NCBI GenBank assembly: GCA_050250895.1 | Contig: JBFWNU010000001.1 | Coordinates: 1,448,008 to 1,512,007 of the forward strand | Length of the DNA stretch: 64,000 nt | Direction of reading: 5' to 3' | Origin: Vulcanimicrobiota bacterium | Lineage (GTDB): Bacteria; Vulcanimicrobiota; Xenobia; Xenobiales; JADMJV01 | Part shown: piece by piece, positions 1 to 9,606 of the stretch | Layout: every line of letters starts with the position of its first letter | Numbering within the stretch: position 1 is the stretch's first letter | Program-made: the position numbers and the translations under genes | Notes under the pieces: generated by a model | Database searches by the model: none | What the model was told of the DNA's origin: nothing | Seen by the model: the letters and a program-made list of their open reading frames with translations, nothing else

Positions 1-1209
1 GGGGTGAAGGTGGGCGTAGAAAACCGCCGTGAAAGACGACTTCTTGCCGTTCGAGTCGGTGACCACCACCTTGCCGGTCCGAAAACCGTCGGGCTCTAGC
101 TTCATCTGGTGACACAGGGGGCAGGCCTGGTGATAGAGGGCGTTGAGGCGTCCGGTCACATAGGAGGCCCGCTCTGAGGCGGTTAGGCCAAACCCGTCGG
201 TGAGGGTCAGCAGGCCGATCTCTTCGCCCAGGGTCACGATCGATCGCGCCTCTTCGTCGCGGTGGCTGAAGATGTTGCCGGTAAAGCCGGTGTCCTGGTC
301 TAGCGGTACGGGTTTAGGTCGAGCAAAATAGGCCCCGGCCACCAGCGCCACCAACAGCAGGGAGATGACTAGCCAGCGCTTGAGGGAGGCCTTCCGCGCG
401 GTCTCGGGCTCGGAAACAGTGGGTGGCGTCGCTGGGGCCTCGGTTTTATGCTCGGGGCGTAGCTGCTGGCGCAACTCGGCCATGCTCTGTTGGCGGTTGT
501 CTGGCTTGAACTCGAGGGCCTGCATCACGATAGCCTCGGTCTTTTCGCTGACCGCCGGGTTGATTTCTCGGACCGGAGCGAATTGAAAGGCTCCCATCCG
601 TTTGCGCTTGCCGCCGGTGAGCAGGTCGTAGAGGGTGGCTCCCAAGGTATAGATGTCCGACCGCACGTCGGTCTGGGTGCCTCCATAGTGCTCGGGCGAG
701 GCGGTGGTGACGCTGCCCATCAACTGGGTGTCCGACTTTCGGTCCTCCTTGTGAAGGCGCGCGATACCGAAGTCGATCAGCCGCAGCCGGTCGCCCTGGA
801 GCAAGAGATTCTCTGGCTTAAGATCGCGGTAGATAATGGGAGGCTTCTGGTTGTGCAGGTATTCGAAGATGTCGCACAGCTGCACCCCCCAGTCGAGCAC
901 GGTTCCTTCTTTGGAGGGGCCGCGCGCCATGACCTTGTGGAGGGGCTCGCCGTCGATACACTCCAGGGCCAGATAGTAGTATCCATTTTCTTCGAAGAGC
1001 CCTTCGTAAGCAACGATACCAGGATGGTTCAGGCGTTCGAGCAGGCCCTTTTCCTGCGTCAGCGCCAGTACGTGTTGAGGCTCGCTCGAGGGCACCTCTT
1101 TGAGCACGTAGACCTGGCCGTTCTTCTCGGCCTTGTAGACGACGCTCATACCTCCCGAACCCAGATAAGTGACCTTATAGTCCCCGACGCTACTTCCCGG
1201 CTTGAGCAC
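1..1209 (-). CDS. Ser/Thr protein kinase with C-terminal TM helix (runs off window start)
   Basis: Manual translation from GTG 1209 (GGAG upstream): LGSGGMSVVY, IIYRDLKPEN, LIDFGIAR, SPEHYG, SDIYTLG, then hydrophobic WLVISLLLVALVAGAYF. Confidence 0.9.
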   Translation of the reverse strand, partial: MLKPGSSVGDYKVTYLGSGGMSVVYKAEKNGQVYVLKEVPSSEPQHVLALTQEKGLLERLNHPGIVAYEGLFEENGYYYLALECIDGEPLHKVMARGPSKEGTVLDWGVQLCDIFEYLHNQKPPIIYRDLKPENLLLQGDRLRLIDFGIARLHKEDRKSDTQLMGSVTTASPEHYGGTQTDVRSDIYTLGATLYDLLTGGKRKRMGAFQFAPVREINPAVSEKTEAIVMQALEFKPDNRQQSMAELRQQLRPEHKTEAPATPPTVSEPETARKASLKRWLVISLLLVALVAGAYFARPKPVPLDQDTGFTGNIFSHRDEEARSIVTLGEEIGLLTLTDGFGLTASERASYVTGRLNALYHQACPLCHQMKLEPDGFRTGKVVVTDSNGKKSSFTAVFYAHLHP

Positions 1210-1261
1210 CAGGGCTCCGGTGCCGCGGTCTGGGGCCGGTATGCGCGCAGTCGACACGGTT

Positions 1262-2593
1262 CTACTTCCGACGAATTCCGGCCAGGTAGGTGGCTTCGAC
1301 ACAGCGTTCGTCGCCCAGCAACATCAAGCCGAAGAACTGAAAGTCGGCTTCTTCGAGGGTTCGCGGCCCGCTGGCCCGGGTGCGGATGGCCAGGGTCGGG
1401 GTGCCGGCCGCGTCCAACACGACCAGGTCGGCTTCTTTGCCGGCCTCGAAGTTGCCCAACTTGTCTTCGAGATAAAGCGAATGGGCCGAGCCGAGGGTGG
1501 CCATATAGAGCCCTCGCAGAGCCGAAACCTTGAAGTCGTCGCCGCCGTGTGTGACAAATCCGAGCATGCCGACCTTGTAGGCGTCTTCCAGCGTTTTAAG
1601 CATGGACAGGCTGTTGCCGGCGCCGCTATCGCACCCCAGACCCAGGCGAACGCCGTGGCGGCGGCATAGGTCCAGGCGGAAGAGACCGCTGCCCAGAAAA
1701 AGGTTGGAGCTGGGACAGAAAGTGATGGCCGCGCCGGCCGCGGCCATGCGGGCAAACTCTCCTTCGCTGAGATGGATCGAGTGGCCGGCCGAAAAACGGG
1801 GGCCGACCAGGCCATAGCGTTCGTACACTTCGAGATAGTCAGCGGCTTCAGGATAGAAGCCCAACACGGTCTCGATTTCGACAGGATTCTCGGACAGGTG
1901 CGTGTTCACCCAGCAATCCGGAAACTCGCTCTTGAGCTGACCCGCCCGCTGCAGCTGGGCATGGGTGCTACCCAGGGCAAAGCGCGGGCAGATCGAGTAG
2001 AGATTGCGTCCCCGACCGTGGTAGCGCTCGATCAGGTCGCGGCTGCCCTCATAGAAGCTCTCGGGAGTATCGCGATAGTCGTCGGGGGCAGTGCCCTGAC
2101 GGTCGATTCCGGTCAGCCCGCAAAGGGCTCGCATCCCCAGGCGTTCGGCCACCTCGAAATAGGCCTCGACCGAACCCGGGAAGGTGGTGGCGAAGGACTG
2201 GGCGGTGGTGGTGCCGTGGGTGATCAGCAGTTCGAAGAATTCCTCGGCCACCTCCAGAGCATAATCCTTGTTGCGAAAGCGGGTCTCTTCAGGAAAGACA
2301 TAGCGAGCCAGCCAGTCGAGCAACTGGTTGCCGTAGGCCCCGATGATGCGGGTCTGAGGATAGTGGACGTGGCAGTCGATAAAGCCGGGCACGATCAGTC
2401 GATGGCGATGGTCGTCGATGGGCAGGTCGGGATGCAGGGGCGCCAGGTCTTGATAGTCGCCGAAGCTCTCGATCAGCCCATCCGAGACGATCAGCAGGCC
2501 GTCGGGTCGAAAACGAGCACACTCGCTCTGGGGCTGCGTCCAGGGGTCCCCGACGAGGTCAAGAAAGGCACCCCGAATTCCAAGACGTGGCAC
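1262..2593 (-). CDS. guaD: guanine deaminase
   Basis: PGFIDCHVHYPQ, LLDWL, PRFA, THLSEN, FCPSSNLFLGSG, DSGAG; start placed at GTG 2593 after AGGAAGG. Confidence 0.92.
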   Translation of the reverse strand: MPRLGIRGAFLDLVGDPWTQPQSECARFRPDGLLIVSDGLIESFGDYQDLAPLHPDLPIDDHRHRLIVPGFIDCHVHYPQTRIIGAYGNQLLDWLARYVFPEETRFRNKDYALEVAEEFFELLITHGTTTAQSFATTFPGSVEAYFEVAERLGMRALCGLTGIDRQGTAPDDYRDTPESFYEGSRDLIERYHGRGRNLYSICPRFALGSTHAQLQRAGQLKSEFPDCWVNTHLSENPVEIETVLGFYPEAADYLEVYERYGLVGPRFSAGHSIHLSEGEFARMAAAGAAITFCPSSNLFLGSGLFRLDLCRRHGVRLGLGCDSGAGNSLSMLKTLEDAYKVGMLGFVTHGGDDFKVSALRGLYMATLGSAHSLYLEDKLGNFEAGKEADLVVLDAAGTPTLAIRTRASGPRTLEEADFQFFGLMLLGDERCVEATYLAGIRRK

Positions 2594-2665
2594 CAGGTTT
2601 CCTTCCTGAATCCGGCTCGGTTTCCTGTCTGCAGGTTCCTGCCCGCTCCGCACGAATCTGGCTCG

Positions 2666-3994
2666 ATGCCGCCTAGTTTGCTCAGCAGCCGCCGCGTCCT
2701 GGTGGACGGCCGCCTCCGGCCGGCCACGCTCGCCATCGAGAATCAGACAATCACGGCCATTCTCGAGCATGATCCCGCTCGGTCGGCCGAGACTCACCAT
2801 GACTATCACGATCTGGTGGTGATGGCCGGCCTCATCGATACCCATGTGCACATCAACGAGCCGGGCCGCACCGATTGGGAAGGGTTCGAAACGGCCACGC
2901 GGGCAGCCGCTGCTGGCGGTGTCACTACTCTGGTCGACATGCCGCTCAACTCGATTCCGTCCACCGTGGACGCTGATGGTTTTCGACTCAAGATCGAGGC
3001 CGCCGCGGGCAAACTGCGGGTCGACGTGGGGCTATGGGGTGGGGCCGTGGTCGGCAACCTGACCGGCATGCGCGAGCTTCACCAGGCCGGGGTGCTGGGT
3101 TTCAAGTGTTTTCTCAGCCCCTCGGGGACCGACGAATTCACCAATCTGGACTTCGAGCAACTCGGCGAGGCCATGAAGGTGGTGGCCGAACTCGATAGCG
3201 TCCTGTTGGTGCACGCTGAAGACCCCGCGGAGCTACGTGAATTCAGCGGCGATCCCCGTAACTACGACAACTATCTGGCCACCCGCCCCTCCCGAGCCGA
3301 GGTTTCGGCCATCGAACGAGTCGTGGCCGCCGCCCGGGCCAGCGGCTGCCGGGCCCATATCGTGCACCTGGCCACCGAGGCCGGCCTGCCGGTCCTCGAG
3401 GGTAGCGGGGTGACGGTCGAGACCTGTCCCCACTATCTGACCTTCGCGGCCGAAGAGATCGAGCCGGGGGCCACAGCCTACAAGTGCGCCCCGCCGATTC
3501 GGGGCCGGGTCACTCGCGACGCGTTGTGGCAGGCGCTGGGGCGGGGGGCCATCCAACTCGTGGCGACCGACCACTCACCCAGTCCGCCTGAGCTCAAGTG
3601 CACCGATAACGGCGACTTTTCGGCGGCCTGGGGTGGCATCAGCAGTTTGCAGCTGTTGCTGCCCGCCGTCTGGACCGAGGCCGCGCGGCGTGGCTATACC
3701 ATCGAGAACCTGACCGAGTGGGTCTGCTCCGCCCCAGCTCGACTGGCCGGGCTGGACCACCTCAAGGGACGGTTGGCCCCCGGGTTGCAGGCCGATCTGG
3801 TGGTGTGGGACCCGAACGCCACCTTTGTGGTCGAACGTCTGGAACACCGTCATCCCCTCACGCCCTACCAGGGAAGGACCCTGAGAGGGGTGGTGGAAGC
3901 GACTTATCTGCGGGGCCAGCGAATTTTCTTCCAGTCGCAACACCATTCCGAGTGCCTCGGCCAGATTGTGAAGAGAGCGAGGAGCCAGGCTTGA
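2666..3994 (+). CDS. allB: allantoinase
   Basis: DTHVHINEPGRTDWEGFETAT, DMPLNSIP, ETCPHYL, KCAPPIR, TDHSP, AWGGISSLQ; start at ATG 2666. Confidence 0.92.
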   Translation: MPPSLLSSRRVLVDGRLRPATLAIENQTITAILEHDPARSAETHHDYHDLVVMAGLIDTHVHINEPGRTDWEGFETATRAAAAGGVTTLVDMPLNSIPSTVDADGFRLKIEAAAGKLRVDVGLWGGAVVGNLTGMRELHQAGVLGFKCFLSPSGTDEFTNLDFEQLGEAMKVVAELDSVLLVHAEDPAELREFSGDPRNYDNYLATRPSRAEVSAIERVVAAARASGCRAHIVHLATEAGLPVLEGSGVTVETCPHYLTFAAEEIEPGATAYKCAPPIRGRVTRDALWQALGRGAIQLVATDHSPSPPELKCTDNGDFSAAWGGISSLQLLLPAVWTEAARRGYTIENLTEWVCSAPARLAGLDHLKGRLAPGLQADLVVWDPNATFVVERLEHRHPLTPYQGRTLRGVVEATYLRGQRIFFQSQHHSECLGQIVKRARSQA

Positions 3995-4497
3995 GCACCG
4001 CCCAGCAGCGTTTGCATGCTCTCAACCAGCTCGGACATGAAGAATGCGTGGCCGAGCTACGGCAGTGTTGCGCCTGCACCAGCTGGGCCGAGGCGGTGGC
4101 TGCGGCCAGGCCTTATGGCGACCCGCAAGCCTTGATGACGGCCGCCGACCAGGCCTGGGCGGCCACCGGTCCTGACCAATGGCTCGAGGCCTTCGCGGCC
4201 CACCCACGCATCGGGCAGCGTAAGCAGGGTAGCGACCAGTCGAGTCGCTGGTCAGCCCAAGAACAGGGCTCGGCCCCCGATTCTGAAGTGGCCGACCGGC
4301 TGGCCGAGGCCAACGAGGCCTATTTCGAGAAGTTCGGGTTCGTTTTCTTGATCTGCGCGACCGGTAAGACGCCGGCCGAGATGCTGGCTGCTCTCGAGCA
4401 GCGGCTCGGAAGCGAGCGCCAGACCGAGTTGAGGACAGCCGCCGCCGAGCAGGCGAAAATCACCCTTCTGAGATTGGAGAAATATCTCACCCAATGA
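3991..4497 (+). CDS. uraD: OHCU decarboxylase
   Basis: EAFAAHPRIG, SAQEQ, NEAYFEKFGFVFLICATG, EQAKIT; TTG start overlaps allB stop. Confidence 0.88.
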   Translation: MSTAQQRLHALNQLGHEECVAELRQCCACTSWAEAVAAARPYGDPQALMTAADQAWAATGPDQWLEAFAAHPRIGQRKQGSDQSSRWSAQEQGSAPDSEVADRLAEANEAYFEKFGFVFLICATGKTPAEMLAALEQRLGSERQTELRTAAAEQAKITLLRLEKYLTQ

Positions 4498-4829
4498 GCG
4501 CCATCACTACCCATGTCTTAGATACTTCCCTGGGCCGGCCCGGGCAGCAGATCGCCGTGCGCCTGTTTCGCGAAGAACAGGGCGAGTGGCGTCAGATCGG
4601 CCAGGACAAGACCGATGACGACGGCCGAGTGAAAGGCCTGCTGGCCGGCGAGCTTCAGGCGGGGATCCACCGCATCGAGTTCGATACCGGGGAATATTTC
4701 CGCCGGACCAACCGCCAGGGCTTCTACCCTTACGTCGAGATCACTTTCGAGGTGACCAGCCCCCAAGAGCATCACCATGTTCCATTGCTGCTCAATCCAT
4801 TCGGCTTTTCCACCTACCGGGGGAGCTAG
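4494..4829 (+). CDS. uraH: 5-hydroxyisourate hydrolase (transthyretin-like)
   Basis: ITTHVLDT, TDDDGR, HHHVPLLL, C-terminal YRGS. Confidence 0.95.
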   Translation: MSAITTHVLDTSLGRPGQQIAVRLFREEQGEWRQIGQDKTDDDGRVKGLLAGELQAGIHRIEFDTGEYFRRTNRQGFYPYVEITFEVTSPQEHHHVPLLLNPFGFSTYRGS

Positions 4830-4909
4830 CGCGTGCCGAGGGTCGAGCCGCGACAGGCGCCTGGCAACCAGCTACGAATGAATCCTCTGGGGACGCCACG
4901 GAGGTATGC

Positions 4910-6097
4910 ATGAACCCAACCGTGTTGGAATGGTCGGGCCTGCTGATTCGATGGTTCCATATGATCGCGGGCATCTGGTGGATCGGTAGTTCACTCTATT
5001 TCGTCTGGCTCGACAACAGCTTCGAGCCACCCAAAGAGGCTCGCGACGGCGTCGAGGGCGAGACCTTCATGGTCCACGGCGGCTTCTACTATCTGGTCGA
5101 GAAGCGCCTGATGCAACCGGGCAAGATGCCCGAGACGCTCCACTGGTTCAAGTGGGAGGCCACCTTCACCTGGATCTCGGGCATGCTGTTGCTGGCCGTG
5201 GTGTATTACCTCACCGGCGGCGCCTATCTGGTCGATCCTCAGGTGGCCGACATCGGTACGGGCACCGCAGTGGTCATCAGTCTGGCTACGGTGTTCTTGT
5301 CCTGGCTGGTCTACGACACCCTCTGGCAGACGCTCGGCAAGAAGAGCGTCCCCGCGGGTACTGCCATTTCTTTGAGCTTGTTGTTGGGCCTGGCTTACGG
5401 ACTTTGCCACACATTTTCTGGCCGCGCCGCGTATATCCATTTGGGGGCGATTCTGGGAACCATCATGGTGGCCAACGTCTGGATTCGCATCCTGCCGGGT
5501 CAGCAGAAGATGCTCGACGATGCCCTGGCGGGACAGACTCCAGACTACAGTCAGGGCAAGTGGGCCAAGGTCCGCTCGGTCCACAACAGCTACATGACTT
5601 TTCCGGTGCTGTTCATGATGATCAGCAATCACTACGCCCAGACCTTCGGCGACCAGCAAAACTGGATCGTACTCATTTTGCTGATGGTCTTCGGAGCCGG
5701 CATTCGCCATTACATGATCACCCACGAGCAGCATCGGCCGGCCAACTGGGTGTGGGTGCCGGTCCTGGCGTCCCTGGGCCTGATGCTCTGGATGACCGCG
5801 CCCGAGAAGCCGGCCGCTGCCGTTACCGACGGCGGCGAGCAGGTCCATTTCTCGCAGGTTCAGACGATCATTTCGGTGCGCTGTCTGCAGTGCCACTCGA
5901 GTAGCCCGAGTGATGATGTATTTACCACAGCTCCCAACGGGGTATTGTTCGAGACTCCCGAACAGATCCGTAAACTGGCCGACCGCATTAAAGTGCGAGC
6001 CGTTGATTCCAAAGCGATGCCATTGGGGAACAAGACGAACATGACCGACGAAGAAAGGGAGATTCTGGGGCGATGGCTGGCCCAGGGAGCGCCGTGA
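4910..6097 (+). CDS. puuD: membrane urate hydroxylase PuuD with C-terminal cytochrome c
   Basis: RWFHMIAGIWWIGSSLYF, LHWFKWEA, RSVHNSY, MISNHY, several TM helices, CLQCH heme motif; purine cluster context. Confidence 0.9.
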   Translation: MNPTVLEWSGLLIRWFHMIAGIWWIGSSLYFVWLDNSFEPPKEARDGVEGETFMVHGGFYYLVEKRLMQPGKMPETLHWFKWEATFTWISGMLLLAVVYYLTGGAYLVDPQVADIGTGTAVVISLATVFLSWLVYDTLWQTLGKKSVPAGTAISLSLLLGLAYGLCHTFSGRAAYIHLGAILGTIMVANVWIRILPGQQKMLDDALAGQTPDYSQGKWAKVRSVHNSYMTFPVLFMMISNHYAQTFGDQQNWIVLILLMVFGAGIRHYMITHEQHRPANWVWVPVLASLGLMLWMTAPEKPAAAVTDGGEQVHFSQVQTIISVRCLQCHSSSPSDDVFTTAPNGVLFETPEQIRKLADRIKVRAVDSKAMPLGNKTNMTDEEREILGRWLAQGAP

Positions 6098-8259
6098 CCG
6101 AGTTTAGAACCACACCGCTCGAGCGGGGGGGCGTTTTGGTCGAGTGGGGTGACCTTCACCTCCAGGTCGGTGCCTATCCTGAGACCATCAAGGACACCAT
6201 GGCGCGCGACCCCGGTGTGCCTCAGCTCTATATCTTGCCGGATCAGCTTTTTGACGTGCCGCTGGGGGTCAGCGTGGCCGAGCTGGAGTTTCCGCTCTAC
6301 TACAACTACTACATCCGCGGCCAGAAACTTCGTTTCATCTGTCGTCGCTCACAGCTGCGTCCGGTCGTTCAGGTTCTCAAAGAGGCTCTCTTCGGACCCC
6401 CTCGGTTGGACCTCGAGGCGGAGTATCCCCAGGGCGCTCGCAGCTTTGGCTTTCCCAACCTCGAAGCAGAGATGTTTCGTTATAAGCTCAAAGACGGCAA
6501 GCCCCTGCGACTGCGGGATATGATCGAGCCCATTCTGTTGAACGAGCAAGGCCAGGTCGAGGTCGACGGGGTCAACATCTGGGCCATGGGAGATAACCGA
6601 TTTCGTTTGGCCCGCGAGGGGGTGTCTCACCTGGTGGTCTTCCAGCCCGTCGAGCCTCCCCCTATTCGGGCTGACGCCGTCAATCGTTATCAACCCGTCG
6701 ATTTCGGGGTCACGGTGCTCGGGGCCGGCCACGGTTTTGATGCCGAGACGCTGACCTCGGGCTTTATCGTGTGGCTCAATGGTCGGGGGGTGCTGGTCGA
6801 TCCGCCGGTGCACTCCACCGAGTGGCTGCGTCGCAACGGTATCGACGCCCGTCTGATCGCCGACATCGTGCTGACGCACTGCCATGCCGACCATGATTCC
6901 GGAACCTTGCAGAAAGTGCTCGAAGAGGGCCGCATTCGCCTGCACACTACCCCTACCGTGATGGACAGCTTCATCCGCAAGTACCGCGCCGTGACCGGCC
7001 TGTCGGCCGACAAGTTCGGACGGCTCTTCGACTTTCACCCGGTCATGGTGGGCCAGCCTATCAACATCGCCGGCGGGCAATTTCTTTTTCGCTACAATCT
7101 GCACCCCATCCCCACCCTCGGCTTCGTGGTTCGCTTTCAAGGTCGGCGTTTCGCCTATTCTTGCGACACGCTCTACGACCCGAAGACGATCCGTGACTGG
7201 GCCGACGACGGCATTCTCAGTCCTAGCCGTAAAGAAGACCTGCTCAACTTCGATTGGGAAGCTGACCTCATCTTGCATGAGGCCGGAATCCCCCCCATTC
7301 ACACGCCGCTCGACGTGCTGGCCGAGTTGCCCGAGGTCGTCAAGCGGCGTCTTTACGTTACTCACGTTTCTCCGTCGACGGTGCCCCCGGAGACCGGGCT
7401 GCGAGTAGCCCCGACCGGCCTCGAGAACACCATCAAGCTGTTCGTCGATCCGCCCGATGTCAGTCTGGCGCACCAGATGCTCGATGTGCTGGTGCACACC
7501 GACCTGTTTCGCTCGCTGCCCATCGAGAAGTCCCTCGACTTTCTGCGCATTGCCCGTCCCAGGACGTTCCAGGCTCGTGAGCAGATTATCCGCAAGGGTG
7601 ATCTGGGCGAGTGTTTCTATGTGGTCCAGTCGGGCGAGGCCGAAGTCATCCGTGATGGCTCGGTGGTCAAGGTGCTGGGTCGCTATGACTACTTCGGCGA
7701 GATGGCCATCGTGCTCGATCAGCCTCGCTACGCCGACGTGGTGGCTCGCACCCGGGTCGAGGTCATCATGATCGATCGCCTCGACTTTTTGCAGTTCATC
7801 GCGAATACAGAGATTCCGTCCCTGCTGCGCCAGGTGGCGCGCAACAAGATGACCGACGCCTGGCCAGTCATGAGCGCAAATCGCCACTTCCGACCCCTGA
7901 CGACCTTTCAGAAGACGCAACTTCTGGCCATCCTCAACACCCGCCAGTTCGCCGAGGGAGAGGCTCTCTATCGGATCGGGGGGCTGCCCTTGCAGCTCTT
8001 TTTGATCGCCGACGGCGACGTGCTTTTGCGCGATGAGCACAACCGCAAACTCAAGGTCGGTCGGGGCACCCTGCTGGGCCGCATTCCCGAAGAGGGACAG
8101 ATGGTCACCCATCGGGTCGAGGCCACCGCGGCCTCAGCCACGGTCAGAGTCTTTCAGGCCAGTCTCAAGCAATTGGCGCGATTTTTCCAGTCCAACCCCG
8201 GCACGTTCATTCGCATTCAACGCGCCATCCGCGAGAGCCCCTTCGGCACGACGCAGTGA
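6094..8259 (+). CDS. metallo-beta-lactamase-fold hydrolase with two cNMP-binding domains (putative cyclic-nucleotide phosphodiesterase)
   Basis: THCHADHD motif, HPIPT, CDT; cNMP domain YFGEMAIV..PRYADV; second degenerate cNMP domain; GTGA overlap with puuD. Confidence 0.75.
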   Translation: MTEFRTTPLERGGVLVEWGDLHLQVGAYPETIKDTMARDPGVPQLYILPDQLFDVPLGVSVAELEFPLYYNYYIRGQKLRFICRRSQLRPVVQVLKEALFGPPRLDLEAEYPQGARSFGFPNLEAEMFRYKLKDGKPLRLRDMIEPILLNEQGQVEVDGVNIWAMGDNRFRLAREGVSHLVVFQPVEPPPIRADAVNRYQPVDFGVTVLGAGHGFDAETLTSGFIVWLNGRGVLVDPPVHSTEWLRRNGIDARLIADIVLTHCHADHDSGTLQKVLEEGRIRLHTTPTVMDSFIRKYRAVTGLSADKFGRLFDFHPVMVGQPINIAGGQFLFRYNLHPIPTLGFVVRFQGRRFAYSCDTLYDPKTIRDWADDGILSPSRKEDLLNFDWEADLILHEAGIPPIHTPLDVLAELPEVVKRRLYVTHVSPSTVPPETGLRVAPTGLENTIKLFVDPPDVSLAHQMLDVLVHTDLFRSLPIEKSLDFLRIARPRTFQAREQIIRKGDLGECFYVVQSGEAEVIRDGSVVKVLGRYDYFGEMAIVLDQPRYADVVARTRVEVIMIDRLDFLQFIANTEIPSLLRQVARNKMTDAWPVMSANRHFRPLTTFQKTQLLAILNTRQFAEGEALYRIGGLPLQLFLIADGDVLLRDEHNRKLKVGRGTLLGRIPEEGQMVTHRVEATAASATVRVFQASLKQLARFFQSNPGTFIRIQRAIRESPFGTTQ

Positions 8260-8260
8260 C

Positions 8261-8318
8261 TTGCGCGCAGATTGCGCGCAGAAATCGCGTTGACAGGTGC
8301 GCGCTCCGGCTGTAGCCT
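8261..8318 (+). promoter_or_regulatory. sigma70-type promoter with tandem operator-like repeats
   Basis: TTGCGCGCAGA x2 (8261-8282); TTGACA 8290-8295, 17-nt spacer containing TGCGCGCT, TAGCCT 8313-8318; ATG 6 nt downstream. Confidence 0.6.
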
Positions 8319-8324
8319 GGAAAC

Positions 8325-9278
8325 ATGAATCCTGAAGTTCGCTTCCGCGTCCCGGCTTCGGTCTTTGAATTGGCCGAAGAAGAGGCTCTCAAGGCCGGCC
8401 TCGAATCGGGACAGGGCCGTTCCACCGGCGTTTCTCGCCTGGCCAGAGCCGCTCTTTACGCTGTGCTGGGTCTGCCGTTGCCGCGCGAGATCCATCGCCT
8501 TCAAGCCGAGCGCTTCCAAGCGGTGCGCCAGGCTCGCGATGCCTCGACATTTCGCTTCGAGGTGCATCACAAGCTCGACGACGGGTTCCGGCGCGAAGAG
8601 ATGTTGCGAACGGCCCGGCCCGTCCCGGCCCGGACTACCACGGTCTTCGAGTTCGAGGCGGGAAGCGTGCCGGATTTCCTGGCTCCGATGGTTCGACTAG
8701 CCGAGGACGGGTTGCCCCTGACCGAACTCAACTTCGAGGGAGAGTATTCCTCGCGACCCGATTGCCTGGGCGAACTGGTCACGGCCGGTGGACAGGCGAC
8801 ACTGGCCGAAGTCGAGGCCGCCGTGGCCGCTTATCAGCAGGGCCAGGCAGCCAGGGCTGTCCGCCAACGCTCGCGCCAACAACAGCGAGAGCGTGGAGCT
8901 GAGCAGTTGGAGCGCTGGCTGCGAGAACACGGCAGCGAGCTGTTGTGTGCCCGTCACCAGGAGGGGTTCGAGTGGCTTACGTTAGCCCAGCGTGAGTTCG
9001 CCGAGCAACAACTGCGAGCCAGCGGGCTCGAAGAGTTCACGCTGGTCGACGAGACGGTCGAGTTGGGGGGCGAACGGGCCTGGCTGTTCCATCTTCGACC
9101 CGCTCGCGAACCGGGCCTCGAGGCCATCACCACCCTTCGTAGCCTGCGCCAGCGACTGGACCCGTCCATCCAGACCACCCTGGTGGCCGGCGGAGAGCCT
9201 CGTCACGCCTTCGAGGCGGTGGCCATGGTGGTGCCCACTCCGCTCGGCCCTTTGCGTTTCATCAACAAGACCCTGTAA
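8325..9278 (+). CDS. hypothetical protein with N-terminal ribbon-helix-helix-like domain
   Basis: EVRFRV strand, then helix ASVFELAEEEA and helix VSRLARAALYAVL (CopG/Arc pattern); remainder unrecognised. Confidence 0.6.
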   Translation: MNPEVRFRVPASVFELAEEEALKAGLESGQGRSTGVSRLARAALYAVLGLPLPREIHRLQAERFQAVRQARDASTFRFEVHHKLDDGFRREEMLRTARPVPARTTTVFEFEAGSVPDFLAPMVRLAEDGLPLTELNFEGEYSSRPDCLGELVTAGGQATLAEVEAAVAAYQQGQAARAVRQRSRQQQRERGAEQLERWLREHGSELLCARHQEGFEWLTLAQREFAEQQLRASGLEEFTLVDETVELGGERAWLFHLRPAREPGLEAITTLRSLRQRLDPSIQTTLVAGGEPRHAFEAVAMVVPTPLGPLRFINKTL

Positions 9279-9289
9279 GGAGGCTCTTT

Positions 9290-9583
9290 ATGGCTTATCG
9301 CCCCTGCCGCTTTCGTAGTTCGGTGCTGGGTGTGTTTCAGTGCGAGAAGCACATGTTCCAACACGCCTTTCCCGAGCTCTATAACGAACTCTACGAGTTC
9401 TGCCTCGAGCACGTTCCCGACCGATTCTGCGACTATCTCGACTTCGGCTTCTCGTTGGAAGGCGAGCGCCCTCGCATCTTTATCACCTGCACGCATCCTT
9501 ACCAGTCTCGGCCGCTGGCGAGTTTCCGCGACTGCATCGAGGAGTGTGATTATCCGTACAAGGAGAAAGAGTCTCTAGGCTAG
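9290..9583 (+). CDS. small Cys-rich hypothetical protein
   Basis: Strong RBS AAGGAGG before ATG; 97 aa with several Cys/His. Confidence 0.7.
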   Translation: MAYRPCRFRSSVLGVFQCEKHMFQHAFPELYNELYEFCLEHVPDRFCDYLDFGFSLEGERPRIFITCTHPYQSRPLASFRDCIEECDYPYKEKESLG

Positions 9584-9606
9584 AAGGGCAGGCCAGGGGG
9601 TCTATC

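Noticed and set aside
1772-2851. Apparent N-terminal fusions or overlap of allantoinase (740 aa) and guanine deaminase (529 aa)
   Set aside because: Artefact of longest-ORF calling; family homology starts at 2666 (+) and 2593 (-). The same applies to the extended fliI, rnd, trxB, ribD and 55901-57136 calls
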